64,000 bases of DNA from Candidatus Magasanikiibacteriota bacterium (GCA_041666745.1 JBAYGI010000001.1:155095-219094); one strand, 5' to 3'. Shown: positions 36,073 through 46,718, numbered from the stretch's first letter. Numbers and translations: made by a program. The notes: a model not told the origin generated them from the sequence alone.

Positions 36073-37011
36073 TTATTGAATTATTTCCACCTCTGGTTCT
36101 AGCTCTACTTTAAATTTATTATACGCTTTCTCTTTCATTATTTCAACAAGTTTTAATATGTCCGCTTGGGTGGCTTCTTGAAAATTCACTAGGAAATTGC
36201 CGTGTTCCTCGGAAATTTTGGCTCCGCCAACCGTTAGGCCTTTTAGGTCCAGTTGTTCCACGATCCATCCAATCGGCACGGCACCGCGCGTTTGAAATAA
36301 TTCCGGCAACTCTTTGATGTCACCCGGCCATTTGTCCAGCTTGATATTTTTGAAAAAACTGCCGGCGGAAGGGTAGCGTGGAAAGCGTCCGGTGCGTTGT
36401 TTCATATAGGCTTGAGTTTTTTCCATGATTTCTTTTTTGTCTCCGGGTTGCAGTTCAAACCAAGCGCGCAAAATAATATCTTTGTTTGATTTAAAAAAAC
36501 TTTCTCGATAATTAAACCCACAATCCTTGCTTGATAATGTGAGCACTTCGCCATCGCGCCAAATTTCTACCTTGGAAATAGTGTTGGAAATATCCAATCC
36601 CATAGCACCGGCATTGCCTCGTACTGCACCGCCGACTGTACCGGGGATGCCTACCGCCCACTCCAAACCGGTCAAATTATTTTTGGACGCCAAATTTACC
36701 AGTGCGCCCAACTGGACACCGGCTTCAGCGACAATAGTATGATCAACTAGCTCGATTTTTGTGGTTTGTATTTTTATAGTCACGCCTTCCAGACCATTAT
36801 CCGGCATCAACAAATTCGAACCGCCCCCAATAATAAAATAACCAACACCTTCACCATTTAAATAAGTCAACAAATCAACCAATTTTTTGGAATCAGCCAC
36901 TCGAACCAGATATTGAGCCGGTCCACCAATGTCAAAAGTGGTTAATCTGGAAAAAGAAGTGTTTATTTTGAGATCGCCGTATTTTTTTAGTTCGGTGTAT
37001 AGTTGGTCCAT
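36073..37011 (-). CDS. murB: UDP-N-acetylenolpyruvoylglucosamine reductase
   Basis: IGGPA; GGGSN; GIPGTVGGAVRGNAGA; SAGSFFKN; HGNFLVN. Confidence 0.95.
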   Translation of the reverse strand: MDQLYTELKKYGDLKINTSFSRLTTFDIGGPAQYLVRVADSKKLVDLLTYLNGEGVGYFIIGGGSNLLMPDNGLEGVTIKIQTTKIELVDHTIVAEAGVQLGALVNLASKNNLTGLEWAVGIPGTVGGAVRGNAGAMGLDISNTISKVEIWRDGEVLTLSSKDCGFNYRESFFKSNKDIILRAWFELQPGDKKEIMEKTQAYMKQRTGRFPRYPSAGSFFKNIKLDKWPGDIKELPELFQTRGAVPIGWIVEQLDLKGLTVGGAKISEEHGNFLVNFQEATQADILKLVEIMKEKAYNKFKVELEPEVEIIQ

Positions 37012-37062
37012 AAAAGCGTATTTAATTGCCAAAACCGTTGTATTTTAGTATAATCTGAAGGT

Positions 37063-38280
37063 ATGAAATTTTCTCTCAAAAAACCCGTTATATATGTAGC
37101 TCGCGATCTCGAGCGTGCTTTGGGTTTGCCGATTACGACCAAAGGCTATTACATTATCTCAAATTATACCTCATTTGCCAATAGTTTGGTTAAAGGTAGG
37201 AAAAATGTGTTGTTGGTGAAAAGTGGCCAGATTTTGGATACTCGCGAATTATTGAACCATCAGACGGCCGTTAATTTTATCAATAATATAAAAGATGCTC
37301 AATTGTTGGTTTTCAAAAACACACCCCAAATCGAAAAAATTTGTTTGGAGCATGATTGGGTATTGCTAAACCCACCAGCCAGTTTGTCCGCAAAAGTGGA
37401 AGAAAAAATTTCTCAGGTAAAATGGCTCGGTGGTTTGAAAAAATATTTACCGAGATTTTCAGTGCGTATCACCAAAGAAATATTTTGGGAGGGAAAGCCG
37501 TTTATTTTACAATTCAATCGGGCGCACACCGGCAGTGGCACTATTTTGGTAGAAAACGAAAAACAACTGTCGGATATTCAAACGAAATTTCCATTGCGCG
37601 AAGTGCGGGTCACCCAATTTATTTCCGGTCCGATATTTACCAACAACAATATTGTTTGGGGAAATAAAGTTTTGGTAGGAAATATCAACTACCAGATAAC
37701 CGGTTTGAAACCATTTACCAACAATCGTTTTGCGACGGTGGGCAATGATTGGTCTTTGCCACATGAAATTTTATCGGCCAAACAAAAAAAGGAATACGCC
37801 GAGATGGCCACGGCAATCGGAAAAAAATTGGCGCAAGATGGCTGGAAAGGTTTGTTTGGAATAGATGTGGTGCAAGATGAAAAAACCGGTCAGTTGTATT
37901 TGATAGAAATAAACGCTCGTCAACCGGCGAGTACCAGCTTTGAGTCGTATTTGCAACTTCATTGTCATTCCGACCCGCTTCGCCGTAGCTTCAGCGAGGC
38001 GAGCCGAGCGGAGGAATCCCTGACGACTTTCCAAGCCCATTTGTCGGCTTTACAAGATGAAAAAAATGCCGGCGTACATTTGATCAAAATCACCACCGGC
38101 GCGCAAATTACTCAAAAAGTTGTTGCCGGTCTAGGTGATAAAAAAATAGCAACACTCACACGAAAATTAATTACCAAAAAATTCAAAATTTTTTTATACG
38201 ATAATCATGAAATAGAAAAAGATTTGTTACGTATTCAAACTAAAAAATCAATGTATGACATTATCTCCCAAATCCAATAA
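37063..38280 (+). CDS. ATP-grasp fold protein
   Basis: HTGSGT; QFISG; GLFGID; IEINAR. Confidence 0.75.
   Translation: MKFSLKKPVIYVARDLERALGLPITTKGYYIISNYTSFANSLVKGRKNVLLVKSGQILDTRELLNHQTAVNFINNIKDAQLLVFKNTPQIEKICLEHDWVLLNPPASLSAKVEEKISQVKWLGGLKKYLPRFSVRITKEIFWEGKPFILQFNRAHTGSGTILVENEKQLSDIQTKFPLREVRVTQFISGPIFTNNNIVWGNKVLVGNINYQITGLKPFTNNRFATVGNDWSLPHEILSAKQKKEYAEMATAIGKKLAQDGWKGLFGIDVVQDEKTGQLYLIEINARQPASTSFESYLQLHCHSDPLRRSFSEASRAEESLTTFQAHLSALQDEKNAGVHLIKITTGAQITQKVVAGLGDKKIATLTRKLITKKFKIFLYDNHEIEKDLLRIQTKKSMYDIISQIQ
37963..38021 (+). repeat. Nested REP-type palindrome inserted in frame
   Basis: tgtcattccgac[ccgcttcgccgtagcttcagcgaggcgag]ccgagcggaggaatccct. Confidence 0.75.
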
Positions 38281-39055
38281 AATTTTAGAAGAATATTTTA
38301 ATTTGCCATTTGACAATGTCACTGGGATACGTTGTCCTTATTTTAATAATGCTCGCCGTAGACAGCGGGCGCAGTTGCGGGTGTTGGTAGGCAAAGGAAC
38401 GCCCAAAGAAATTTTGGAAGAAGCGAAAATTATTTCTATTCAATATCATGCCGGCTTGTTTGATAAAACCGGACATTGTTGTCTGCACAATGAACATACC
38501 GGAGAAAAATCCAACGCTGATGAAGTTCGGAAATTTTTGATTGACAACAACCTAGGGGTGGAGTGCTCAGGTTTTGTTACTCAAATTTTGCGAGCGCATT
38601 TCAAAGAAACAAAAGGCGTGGATTTGGTGCGTAAATTTTTTATTGTTTCACCGAAAAATTTTATCCGTTGGATTATTGCAAAATTGCGTCCGATAGAAAA
38701 TATCGGAGTGACGACTTATGCTGATGAAAAAAATACCAACCCAATTTCTTGGCAGGAATCACAGGTGGGCGATGTAATAGTTTTTTTGGAAACAAAAGCG
38801 AAATACCAACGCAATCATATCATGCTTATCACCGATAAAACCAATGAAGTTATTCGCTATGCTCACGCGCGCGCTTGGAATAGTGAGGGAAAATACGGGC
38901 ATGGAGTATCCAAAGGGGAGATAAAAATTGTGAATTTGCAAGGGGATTTATTAAAACAAGAATGGACGGAACAGGGGAAAACAAACGAACAAAATGAAAC
39001 ATTTTTGGAAGCTAAAAGCGCCCAAGTTTTGGAAGTTAGACGAATAATTTTGTAA
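38255..39055 (+). CDS. NlpC/P60-like cysteine hydrolase
   Basis: GVECSGFV...GDVIVF...NHIMLI...HAR. Confidence 0.6.
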   Translation: MTLSPKSNKILEEYFNLPFDNVTGIRCPYFNNARRRQRAQLRVLVGKGTPKEILEEAKIISIQYHAGLFDKTGHCCLHNEHTGEKSNADEVRKFLIDNNLGVECSGFVTQILRAHFKETKGVDLVRKFFIVSPKNFIRWIIAKLRPIENIGVTTYADEKNTNPISWQESQVGDVIVFLETKAKYQRNHIMLITDKTNEVIRYAHARAWNSEGKYGHGVSKGEIKIVNLQGDLLKQEWTEQGKTNEQNETFLEAKSAQVLEVRRIIL

Positions 39056-39057
39056 TT

Positions 39058-39564
39058 ATGGTGATGACCTTTTTGTCAGCAATCGTCGTCCTGTTGATTT
39101 TTTTATTGGTGGTGATGGTTTTTTCTCCATTGTTTTTGGGAGTGCCGTTTTTACCAACTCATAAAAAGCAAGCTATCAAAATGATTGAATTGGCCCAAAT
39201 AAAAACCGGGACAAAAGTTGTCGACTTGGGATCAGGCGCGGGACGGCTTTTGTTTTTGGCGGCCAAGTCGGGGGCGCAGGCGACAGGGTATGAGCTCAAT
39301 CCATTTTTGGTTTTGTGGACAAGAATGATAATTTTGCTCACCGGACAACGAGATCAAATAAAAGTTTTTTATAAATCAATTTACGACGCGGATATCAAAG
39401 ATGTGGATGTGATTTTGATGTTTTTATTTCCTCCACATATGAAAAAAATGATTGAAAAACTGAAAGAGGCAAAACCGGGGACAATAATATTGTCTTATGC
39501 TTTTGCCTTGCCGGAGTGGCAGTTGATAAAAAAGGAGCAGGGGATATATGTTTATAAAAGATAA
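39058..39564 (+). CDS. Membrane-anchored class I SAM methyltransferase
   Basis: GVPFLPT; VDLGSGAGR; GYELNP. Confidence 0.85.
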   Translation: MVMTFLSAIVVLLIFLLVVMVFSPLFLGVPFLPTHKKQAIKMIELAQIKTGTKVVDLGSGAGRLLFLAAKSGAQATGYELNPFLVLWTRMIILLTGQRDQIKVFYKSIYDADIKDVDVILMFLFPPHMKKMIEKLKEAKPGTIILSYAFALPEWQLIKKEQGIYVYKR

Positions 39565-39619
39565 AAATTGACTTGATTGACTTTTTTTGGTAAGATTTTG
39601 TTCAGTTAGTTATTTATTT

Positions 39620-39691
39620 GGCCTGTTCGTCTAATGGTTAGGACTTTACCTTCTCAAGGTAGAAATACGGGTTCGATTCCCGTACGGGCTA
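39620..39691 (+). tRNA. tRNA-Glu (CTC), CCA not encoded
   Basis: Cloverleaf: acceptor ggcctgt/acgggct; anticodon loop ttCTCaa; T-arm GGTTCGATTCC; promoter TTGACT-17-TAAGAT at 39568-39596. Confidence 0.9.
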
Positions 39692-39782
39692 CGATTTTAA
39701 AACTTCTCGGATTTTTGGTAAAAATTTGATTGGCGGTGTGTAACGCCACCCAGTGTTTTTGTTAAAAGATAATTTAATAATA

Positions 39783-40856
39783 CTACTGACAACTAGTCTT
39801 CACATTGATAGCCCCGCACGCCCGACAAACTCGTAAATAATTTTGGCATGTGCCTTTGTTTGTTCCACTGTAATTGTAGTTTCGGTAATAGCCACTTTTT
39901 TGGCAACCGGAACAGTTGGTAAAATAAGTGGTTGCTTTTTTGGTTGTTTTGCTGGTTGCTTTGTTTTTACAACTATACGCGCTACACAATCCGCCGGCGC
40001 CCCAAGTGCAGGTTTGATTACTGGAACAATAAAAACATTTTCCGAGGTTTTCCGTTTTACTTACCACATCTGTTCCGGCGTATTTAACGTCGCATTGGCC
40101 ACAGAGTGTGGAATTGGCTTTGGTTGGACAAGGTTTTTGGAAAGTAACGGAACAACTCGTACGTGTGAGCATTGGCATCGGATCCATACCGCTGTATGGA
40201 TTTTTGGAAACCGGATGATCGCCGACTTGTGTGTCGGCCGGTATGGGATTTTGTGGTACATATTTACCAACATCACCGGTGAATGTCATATTTATAACTC
40301 CTGACTCAGTTGCTCCGCTCGCAAATTTAGCGGTAAAATTCAATGAACAATTTTTTGTGCCGGCGTAAATAGTGTGAAAAAAACATTCAAAATATTTATT
40401 ATTTTTGTGTATTCTCATCACATTCGTAGCCGTGGTGCCAAAAGTGACGGTGTCGCCCAGAGTGGAAACTTGCGTGTCAAAATCGTTTGGCAACAACACA
40501 CCCAATTCAAGCATGTCTGTCGGTAAACGACTGGCCGTCGTTGGGAAAGCATTACAAATAGTTTGTTGCAAACTATTTTCCGCGCTAGTTAAACTGACAG
40601 CTGGTTTAGCGACAACGACATTGTTAGCTGGGTTTGTAGTCGCGCCAGTATCGTAGGTCGCATTCGTGCCTTGATTTATATTGTAGATTGGCGGAACATA
40701 CACCGGCGTTGGCGGTTTGGGCACGCCATAGTCTTGCGCCAAAGTAACACCGACAATCATCGCTATCGCGACCAGCACCATACCGCCCCAGATAAAAATT
40801 TCCTTTTTTTTCAAATTTTTTATCATTGCGATTTCTCGTTTTTTTGTTTTTTTCAT
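39783..40856 (-). CDS. Secreted Cys-rich hypothetical protein
   Basis: Signal/TM segment, DYGVP after the signal, Cys-rich C-terminus. Confidence 0.75.
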   Translation of the reverse strand: MKKTKKREIAMIKNLKKKEIFIWGGMVLVAIAMIVGVTLAQDYGVPKPPTPVYVPPIYNINQGTNATYDTGATTNPANNVVVAKPAVSLTSAENSLQQTICNAFPTTASRLPTDMLELGVLLPNDFDTQVSTLGDTVTFGTTATNVMRIHKNNKYFECFFHTIYAGTKNCSLNFTAKFASGATESGVINMTFTGDVGKYVPQNPIPADTQVGDHPVSKNPYSGMDPMPMLTRTSCSVTFQKPCPTKANSTLCGQCDVKYAGTDVVSKTENLGKCFYCSSNQTCTWGAGGLCSAYSCKNKATSKTTKKATTYFTNCSGCQKSGYYRNYNYSGTNKGTCQNYLRVCRACGAINVKTSCQ

Positions 40857-40879
40857 AGTGAAATGAGTGAGAGAAATAA

Positions 40880-41854
40880 TTATTTTAAAGGTAAGCTAAG
40901 TGAATAAGTGGATTCCACACCGGTGCTGATACCATCATTTGTTTTTCCACTTTTGCTGGCGTCAATATTATATCTTATTTTATCATCTTTTTCTTCAGAC
41001 AGTAGAGGCATTTGAGATTTTAAAATTACCACTCCATTTTTTACAGTCGCAGTGAGACCGGAGATGTTGGAACTGTCGGTAATAGTCATTTTACCATCTA
41101 TGCGTTGTAAATTAATTTTTAAAGGAAAAAGACAAGGGTTGATACCGTCGTTCTCATATGGATGACAATAGACAACGCGTAAATTATAGGAATTTGCGCC
41201 AACATCTTTGAATTGGAGTGAAAAATTATCTCCATTTTTTGGCGCTGTGAGTGGAGAGGTGATTACCGGTTGATCCATGTGACCACCATAGGGGATTGTG
41301 ATTTTTTGTTCGGCGTAGGTGTTGTCTTGGAAGGCCACTTTGATGAGAACATCAATGGGTTTGTCGGTGGCGGTGATATCCAAAGTGCAGGAATGGGGTA
41401 AGCCAACATAATCGCAACTCGCGCCCATGTCGCGTTTTTGGTCAAATTTACCGTAATCGGCAACCATTCTTTTTGGTTGAATGGCGACCGGCAAATCACC
41501 GGTGTATGCGCTAATACCTACACACTTGGTTTGATCCAATTTCAAATCCGGTCGCGCTAAAAGTATAGTGATTCCTCGCTGTTCTGTAAGTTTCAAATCA
41601 GGACGCACGCCTGGACGCTCAACAACACCAAGAAGTTTGACGGTCATAGTGGTGGTTGCGAGTTTTTCAATATCAAAACTCGGGTCGCGTCCCCATCTGT
41701 CTTTGAGTGTTGGGGTGGTATGACAAATATCTCCTGTAACGGTAGAAATTATCGTGTTTATATTTATTTTATTTGGGTGAGAAAAAGAATAAGTGATATA
41801 AATTAATATCATTGCCGTGAGTATTGTTCCGCCCCAAATAAATATTTTTTTCAT
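40880..41854 (-). CDS. Secreted hypothetical protein
   Basis: 324-aa ORF with N-terminal TM segment. Confidence 0.75.
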   Translation of the reverse strand: MKKIFIWGGTILTAMILIYITYSFSHPNKININTIISTVTGDICHTTPTLKDRWGRDPSFDIEKLATTTMTVKLLGVVERPGVRPDLKLTEQRGITILLARPDLKLDQTKCVGISAYTGDLPVAIQPKRMVADYGKFDQKRDMGASCDYVGLPHSCTLDITATDKPIDVLIKVAFQDNTYAEQKITIPYGGHMDQPVITSPLTAPKNGDNFSLQFKDVGANSYNLRVVYCHPYENDGINPCLFPLKINLQRIDGKMTITDSSNISGLTATVKNGVVILKSQMPLLSEEKDDKIRYNIDASKSGKTNDGISTGVESTYSLSLPLK

Positions 41855-41860
41855 AGATAA

Positions 41861-42271
41861 TTATTTTACATCAACTAATAAAAGAAGTTGGCCGATAGCG
41901 TCTTTTAATTCTCCATCGCAATGATCCAATCCTTCTATCATCGAAGTTATCCACTGGCCATTGAATTGGTTTTTGAGATAATTACAATTCATCTGTTTGT
42001 CTTGTAGTAATTTTTTAATAAGATCATTTTCATTTTTATTCAAAGCTACCACTTGTTTTGTTAAAGCGCAATTATTGCCTGTGCCTTCGCCAATGGAATA
42101 AGACATTGTACCGACAGTAGTCGCTTCCTCATAAGTTGCCGGCGCGCATTGGTCAGCCTTGGTGATAAAACATTTCAAGTCAGCGCATCTGGTAGGAATA
42201 CGCGCATAAAATATTATCAACAATAAACTGATAATTCCTATTATTAAAAATATTTTTAATTTTTTGCGCAT
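41861..42271 (-). CDS. Small secreted Cys-containing protein
   Basis: CADLKCFITKADQC..CDGELKD. Confidence 0.75.
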   Translation of the reverse strand: MRKKLKIFLIIGIISLLLIIFYARIPTRCADLKCFITKADQCAPATYEEATTVGTMSYSIGEGTGNNCALTKQVVALNKNENDLIKKLLQDKQMNCNYLKNQFNGQWITSMIEGLDHCDGELKDAIGQLLLLVDVK

Positions 42272-42277
42272 ATATTT

Positions 42278-43378
42278 TTATTGAGCTATATTCAGTGTTT
42301 TTATTTCTTTATCAAATCGGTCGGAAAAAGAAAAAGCTCGGGAAAATTTTTCAATATTTTTCGCCACGATTTTTTTAGCCGATGTTAATGGTTGAACCAA
42401 TGTGTCCAAATTATTATTTAATCCAGCGAGAAAAGGGGATGTTTTTGTCGTGGGTATTTCTATGATATTCTCATTGGGTTGCATGTCCTGTATTAGTTTT
42501 ATTCTGATTGCCGGATTGTTGACTGAGTCAAGTAGCTGTTGGTATTTGAAAGGATTTCTGCTTTTCTGCGACATTAGTGCGTCGCGATAATTTTCGTAGG
42601 ATTGCGCATTGTTGCCTTGCCATTTGGACAAAGTGCCCAATTGCCATAAAGCATCCGGGCTACCACTGTCTATCGCTAAAATATCTTGCAATTGAGTTTT
42701 TAAATTTTGTAATTTAGTGTCATAGATTTTTTTTAAATTCACTATTTCGGATTTACTGTCGCCTTTTTTAAGGGCGTTTTCATAATCGCCCTTGGCGTTA
42801 ACAACCTCGGTACCAAGTGGTCTGAGCTGTTTCAAGTTATTTTGCGCATATTCCGCGTCCGTAGCGGGTTTGAACAATGGCGGTTTGCTGTAATACTGTT
42901 TGATCACGGCAACTTCCGCTTTGTGTTGTTTGTTGTAAGTCGCCATCACTGCGTCCAATAACGCTCCTGAATCACTCAACTCGGGTTTGTTGGAATTTGT
43001 TTTCTTGGGTAATTTCACAGGAAGTTTTGGTTGTTTTGGTTGTGTTGATTTCTGCGCTTCCGGCGGATTATTTGGGATAATACCACCCGAACCAACCACC
43101 GGTTCGCTTGGCGACTCGTCCGTGTCTACTGTTTGGTCTTGGGTTTGTTCGGAGTTGTCAATTTCCAAAATCGGTTCTATTGGAGTATTTTCGACTGTGT
43201 TTTCTCTACATCCGCCGGTAGATAGGTCAACTTCACAACCCGGTCCGACTGGTGGTACATCGCCAAACGCTTGAGCCAACGCCCATTCCACTTTTGCCGT
43301 ATTTGTCATTACCAATAAACCCAAAACAATAATAACAAATGAAGTAATTATTTTATTTTTATAATTATGTTGTGGCAT
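42278..43378 (-). CDS. Secreted protein with acidic/Pro linker and TPR-like region
   Basis: Signal peptide; ILAIDSGSPDALWQLG TPR-like segment. Confidence 0.7.
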   Translation of the reverse strand: MPQHNYKNKIITSFVIIVLGLLVMTNTAKVEWALAQAFGDVPPVGPGCEVDLSTGGCRENTVENTPIEPILEIDNSEQTQDQTVDTDESPSEPVVGSGGIIPNNPPEAQKSTQPKQPKLPVKLPKKTNSNKPELSDSGALLDAVMATYNKQHKAEVAVIKQYYSKPPLFKPATDAEYAQNNLKQLRPLGTEVVNAKGDYENALKKGDSKSEIVNLKKIYDTKLQNLKTQLQDILAIDSGSPDALWQLGTLSKWQGNNAQSYENYRDALMSQKSRNPFKYQQLLDSVNNPAIRIKLIQDMQPNENIIEIPTTKTSPFLAGLNNNLDTLVQPLTSAKKIVAKNIEKFSRAFSFSDRFDKEIKTLNIAQ

Positions 43379-43494
43379 ATGAAATAATGATGGGCGAAAT
43401 CTTTTTAGTCCGTAATATCCTTTTCAAATATATTATACCATATACTCGTATTTTGTGGTATAATAATGTCAATAAAAAAACCAATAATAATTTT

Positions 43495-44313
43495 ATGATT
43501 CAAGAATTAATACTACAAGGACCAGCCAAAAATTTTGAAGGTATTAAAAAAATTACACCGGAAGGCGTGGAATATTGGGAGGCGCGCGAGTTGATGCCGA
43601 TGCTGGGGTATGTGGAATGGCGAAAATTTAGCGGCGTTATTGAACGCGCTAAGGCGGCCTGTGTTTTAAGTAGCCAAGCGGTAGACGATCATTTTGTCGG
43701 CGCCGGCAAAATGATAATTTTGGCTAAAAATACAGCAAAAGAGGCTAAACGCAAAATTGATGATTTTTGGCTTTCGCGGTACGCCTGTTATTTGATTGCG
43801 CAAAATGGAGATCCTCGCAAACAAGAAATTGCTTTAGCGCAGACATATTTCGCTGTGCAAACCAGATATCAAGAAATAGCAAAACAGTTGGAAGCGGCTG
43901 ATAAGCGTGTTTTTATCCGTGATGAAGTAACAACACAAAATAAAAAATTATTCAAAACAGCGCGTGCCTCCGGCGTAAGTAATTTTGGTAAATTTAATAA
44001 TGCCGGGTATGTTGGTTTGTATGGCATGGGTATCGGTGAATTGGAACAACATAAAAAAGTTCGTAAAGGCGAACTTTTGGACAGAGCTGGCGCGACAGAA
44101 CTGGCAGCAAATTTATTTAGAATTACACAGACAGATGAGAAATTAAAAATTGACAGAGTTGCCGATGAGGACACAGCTACGCAAACGCACCGAGCGGTTG
44201 GCGAACATGTACGCGATACAATTCGAAATATCGGCGGCACAATGCCCGAGCATCTGCCTTTGGAAAAACATATTAAGGAAGTTAAGAAGGCGGTTAAGAA
44301 ATTGAGAGGTTAG
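43495..44313 (+). CDS. dinD: DNA damage-inducible protein D (Bro-N-like)
   Basis: EYWEARELMPMLGY; LSRYACYLIAQNGDPRK; GATELAANLFRITQT. Confidence 0.9.
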   Translation: MIQELILQGPAKNFEGIKKITPEGVEYWEARELMPMLGYVEWRKFSGVIERAKAACVLSSQAVDDHFVGAGKMIILAKNTAKEAKRKIDDFWLSRYACYLIAQNGDPRKQEIALAQTYFAVQTRYQEIAKQLEAADKRVFIRDEVTTQNKKLFKTARASGVSNFGKFNNAGYVGLYGMGIGELEQHKKVRKGELLDRAGATELAANLFRITQTDEKLKIDRVADEDTATQTHRAVGEHVRDTIRNIGGTMPEHLPLEKHIKEVKKAVKKLRG

Positions 44314-44627
44314 TGATTTGACAGTAGACATAAATCCTATAGGGAGCTTTAATATATAAATTTTGTATTATTAATTATTTTATATTAACAAAAAAACACC
44401 GAATTTTTCGATGTTTTTTAATTTAAGCGTTTTAGATCACTCGCATAATCTGAAAACATATTTTAAAATATTTTCAAATTGCGAGGCGAGTGGTCATAAT
44501 ATATCCATACTGCCTCAGTCCCACCCGCCCGCTTATGCGAGTGGGACATTGCTCGAGGCCTTGTCATGGTGCGCGTGGCGTGGATGGCGCTGGTGTTGTG
44601 CCGTCGCACTCGGTAGTCGCGATCAAT

Positions 44628-44825
44628 CTACTTTATTGCCTCAACAAAGTAGAGAAGAACAACAGTGATGACAGCCCCAGCAATTGCGAGAACTACACTG
44701 GTTACCGAGTAGTAGCACGAAGGAATCTTGTCACTGGACTGAGATGGCCTCATGCCACGTAGACCGGTTGTGAAGATAGCTACGAGCAATACCGTATAGA
44801 ATATCCCAATGCCGTAAATGAGCAT
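44628..44825 (-). CDS. GC-enriched small two-TM protein
   Basis: SD AAAGGAG; promoter TTTACA-17-TATAAT at 44953-44925; two hydrophobic segments. Confidence 0.65.
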   Translation of the reverse strand: MLIYGIGIFYTVLLVAIFTTGLRGMRPSQSSDKIPSCYYSVTSVVLAIAGAVITVVLLYFVEAIK

Positions 44826-45050
44826 TACAGTTTCTCCTTTGAGTTGTTGTCAGTCCGACGTTGCGCTTGGCACACAAGAGGTGCCACAGACAGCAGTTAT
44901 GCCTTAACGCGCGCCGTTTAGATAATTATACATATTGAGCGTTGACTTGTAAATGTGTGATAGATAAAAATTAAATAAATATATACCCCGCACTCAAATT
45001 CTGTGGTATAATAAATATAGGTAAATAAATTTATCTATTAAGGTTTTTAT

Positions 45051-46718
45051 ATGTCAAAAACAAAGTCCACACCAATCAAAAAAATATTTTGGGTCGTGGG
45101 AATAATTTTAGTTGTGATTATTATTTTGGTAATAGTTTCTGTTAAAAAATATAGCGCATTGGCAGAGGTGGTGAAAAATGCGCGGTACGGTTCCGGTTGT
45201 GACAAAATGGTGCCGATGCAAGATATCGCCGGTTATCCCATTCCAATAAAAACAAACAAAGGCGAAACATACCAGATGTTTTATTTTGGAATGTATCCAT
45301 CGTATCCGGCGCAGGCGCCCGGACAGTCGCCTGTTTTGCTCGCTCCGTCTGTGGTGGCGGAATTTCAGTTGAATGGCGATGCGATATGTTCGCCTTTGCA
45401 TTTTGATGATAAAATGGTGATAAAAAAGGACTACGGTCCGCGTTATTCTGTCGAAGTGGATAAATTATCCATGGGGTCATTGGATTCCAAACGCAATGAT
45501 TTATTTTTGGCTACAGAGAAAGTTGCGAAAAAGTATTTTGCCGGTGAAGCTGATAGCGTGGCCAAAGAAGCAGCCACGGATTTTTTTGATCAATTTATTT
45601 ATTTATCCGAGCCGGGTTTTCAACAATTTTATTATGATCTAAATCCGGATTTTTGGCAGTGGGTGGAAGATTTGACTGGGAAAAAATTAGCGGAAGTTTC
45701 GGTTGCATCTATAACCAAAACCAGCAAAGATACAATCAAAGGAGAAGATGAAATTCCAGCAGAAGCGCGTGCTTTTCTACCTTCCGAGGGGTTGATGGCA
45801 GTGAGCGGTGGATTTGTTTCCGCCAGCCGGCGATTAGTTGTGAATTTAAACAAAAAAACTTTAATTTTTGAGAACAACCCAGAGAAAAACAGCTCGGTTT
45901 ATGGCCCGATGCCACAGCGCGATAAGGTAACTCTAACTAATGATCAACTTCAGCGAATTAGTACTCTTATTAATGATACTTTGGCAGATGATAATAATAT
46001 CAATCGGCCGCCTTTGCCGGATTTTGCCATTATTTTATTTTTAGCGCATAACAATTCCGTAAAAATGATCCGTTGGCCGGCAGGGGACAAGGCCAGCGAA
46101 CTTTATGACTATGTTTGGGATCTAACATCGCCTGCGATTCAGACCACGCCAACACCCAATGAAAACACCACAAATAAAGATGAAATTTTAAAGGGTACAT
46201 ACAATTGGGGCACGGCCACCGGCTCTGGTGTGGAGCAATATAAAAATGTTGTGTGGCAGGCAATTATCGCCTCTCGAGTAGCCGGATTTCCAACCACTGT
46301 TAATGCTTTAGAAAAAAACACAGAGAAATGCCAAGGGTTTTCGGAAACAGCCTTGAGGCATGAGGGCTGTATGTGCCAGACCGGCTATTGGGTGGAAATA
46401 ACTAAAAATAGCAAGACCATTAAAATTGATACTGAAACGAAACTAAAAAATATTTTATTGCCGATTGATAGCGCAGATAAAGCAATTAGTTTGGTAACAT
46501 TGACTAAGGGAGATTTGAACAGTAATCAAAATATTCCGACTGGTCATACTTTAAAAATTAACGATGGTTTTTTGGTTCAGGTGATAGATCAAAATTCTTG
46601 TGGGTGCAGTACCCATACGCCCACCGGCGCGATTTATAAAGTTACAAAATCGGGCGTGGTAATGCAAATAGCCAGTGAAGTTGTCAAAGCCACTGGACCG
46701 GAGGTGTGTGTAGACTAG
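45051..46718 (+). CDS. Membrane-anchored multidomain hypothetical protein
   Basis: 555-aa ORF with N-terminal TM; extended -10 TGGTATAAT upstream. Confidence 0.8.
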   Translation: MSKTKSTPIKKIFWVVGIILVVIIILVIVSVKKYSALAEVVKNARYGSGCDKMVPMQDIAGYPIPIKTNKGETYQMFYFGMYPSYPAQAPGQSPVLLAPSVVAEFQLNGDAICSPLHFDDKMVIKKDYGPRYSVEVDKLSMGSLDSKRNDLFLATEKVAKKYFAGEADSVAKEAATDFFDQFIYLSEPGFQQFYYDLNPDFWQWVEDLTGKKLAEVSVASITKTSKDTIKGEDEIPAEARAFLPSEGLMAVSGGFVSASRRLVVNLNKKTLIFENNPEKNSSVYGPMPQRDKVTLTNDQLQRISTLINDTLADDNNINRPPLPDFAIILFLAHNNSVKMIRWPAGDKASELYDYVWDLTSPAIQTTPTPNENTTNKDEILKGTYNWGTATGSGVEQYKNVVWQAIIASRVAGFPTTVNALEKNTEKCQGFSETALRHEGCMCQTGYWVEITKNSKTIKIDTETKLKNILLPIDSADKAISLVTLTKGDLNSNQNIPTGHTLKINDGFLVQVIDQNSCGCSTHTPTGAIYKVTKSGVVMQIASEVVKATGPEVCVD

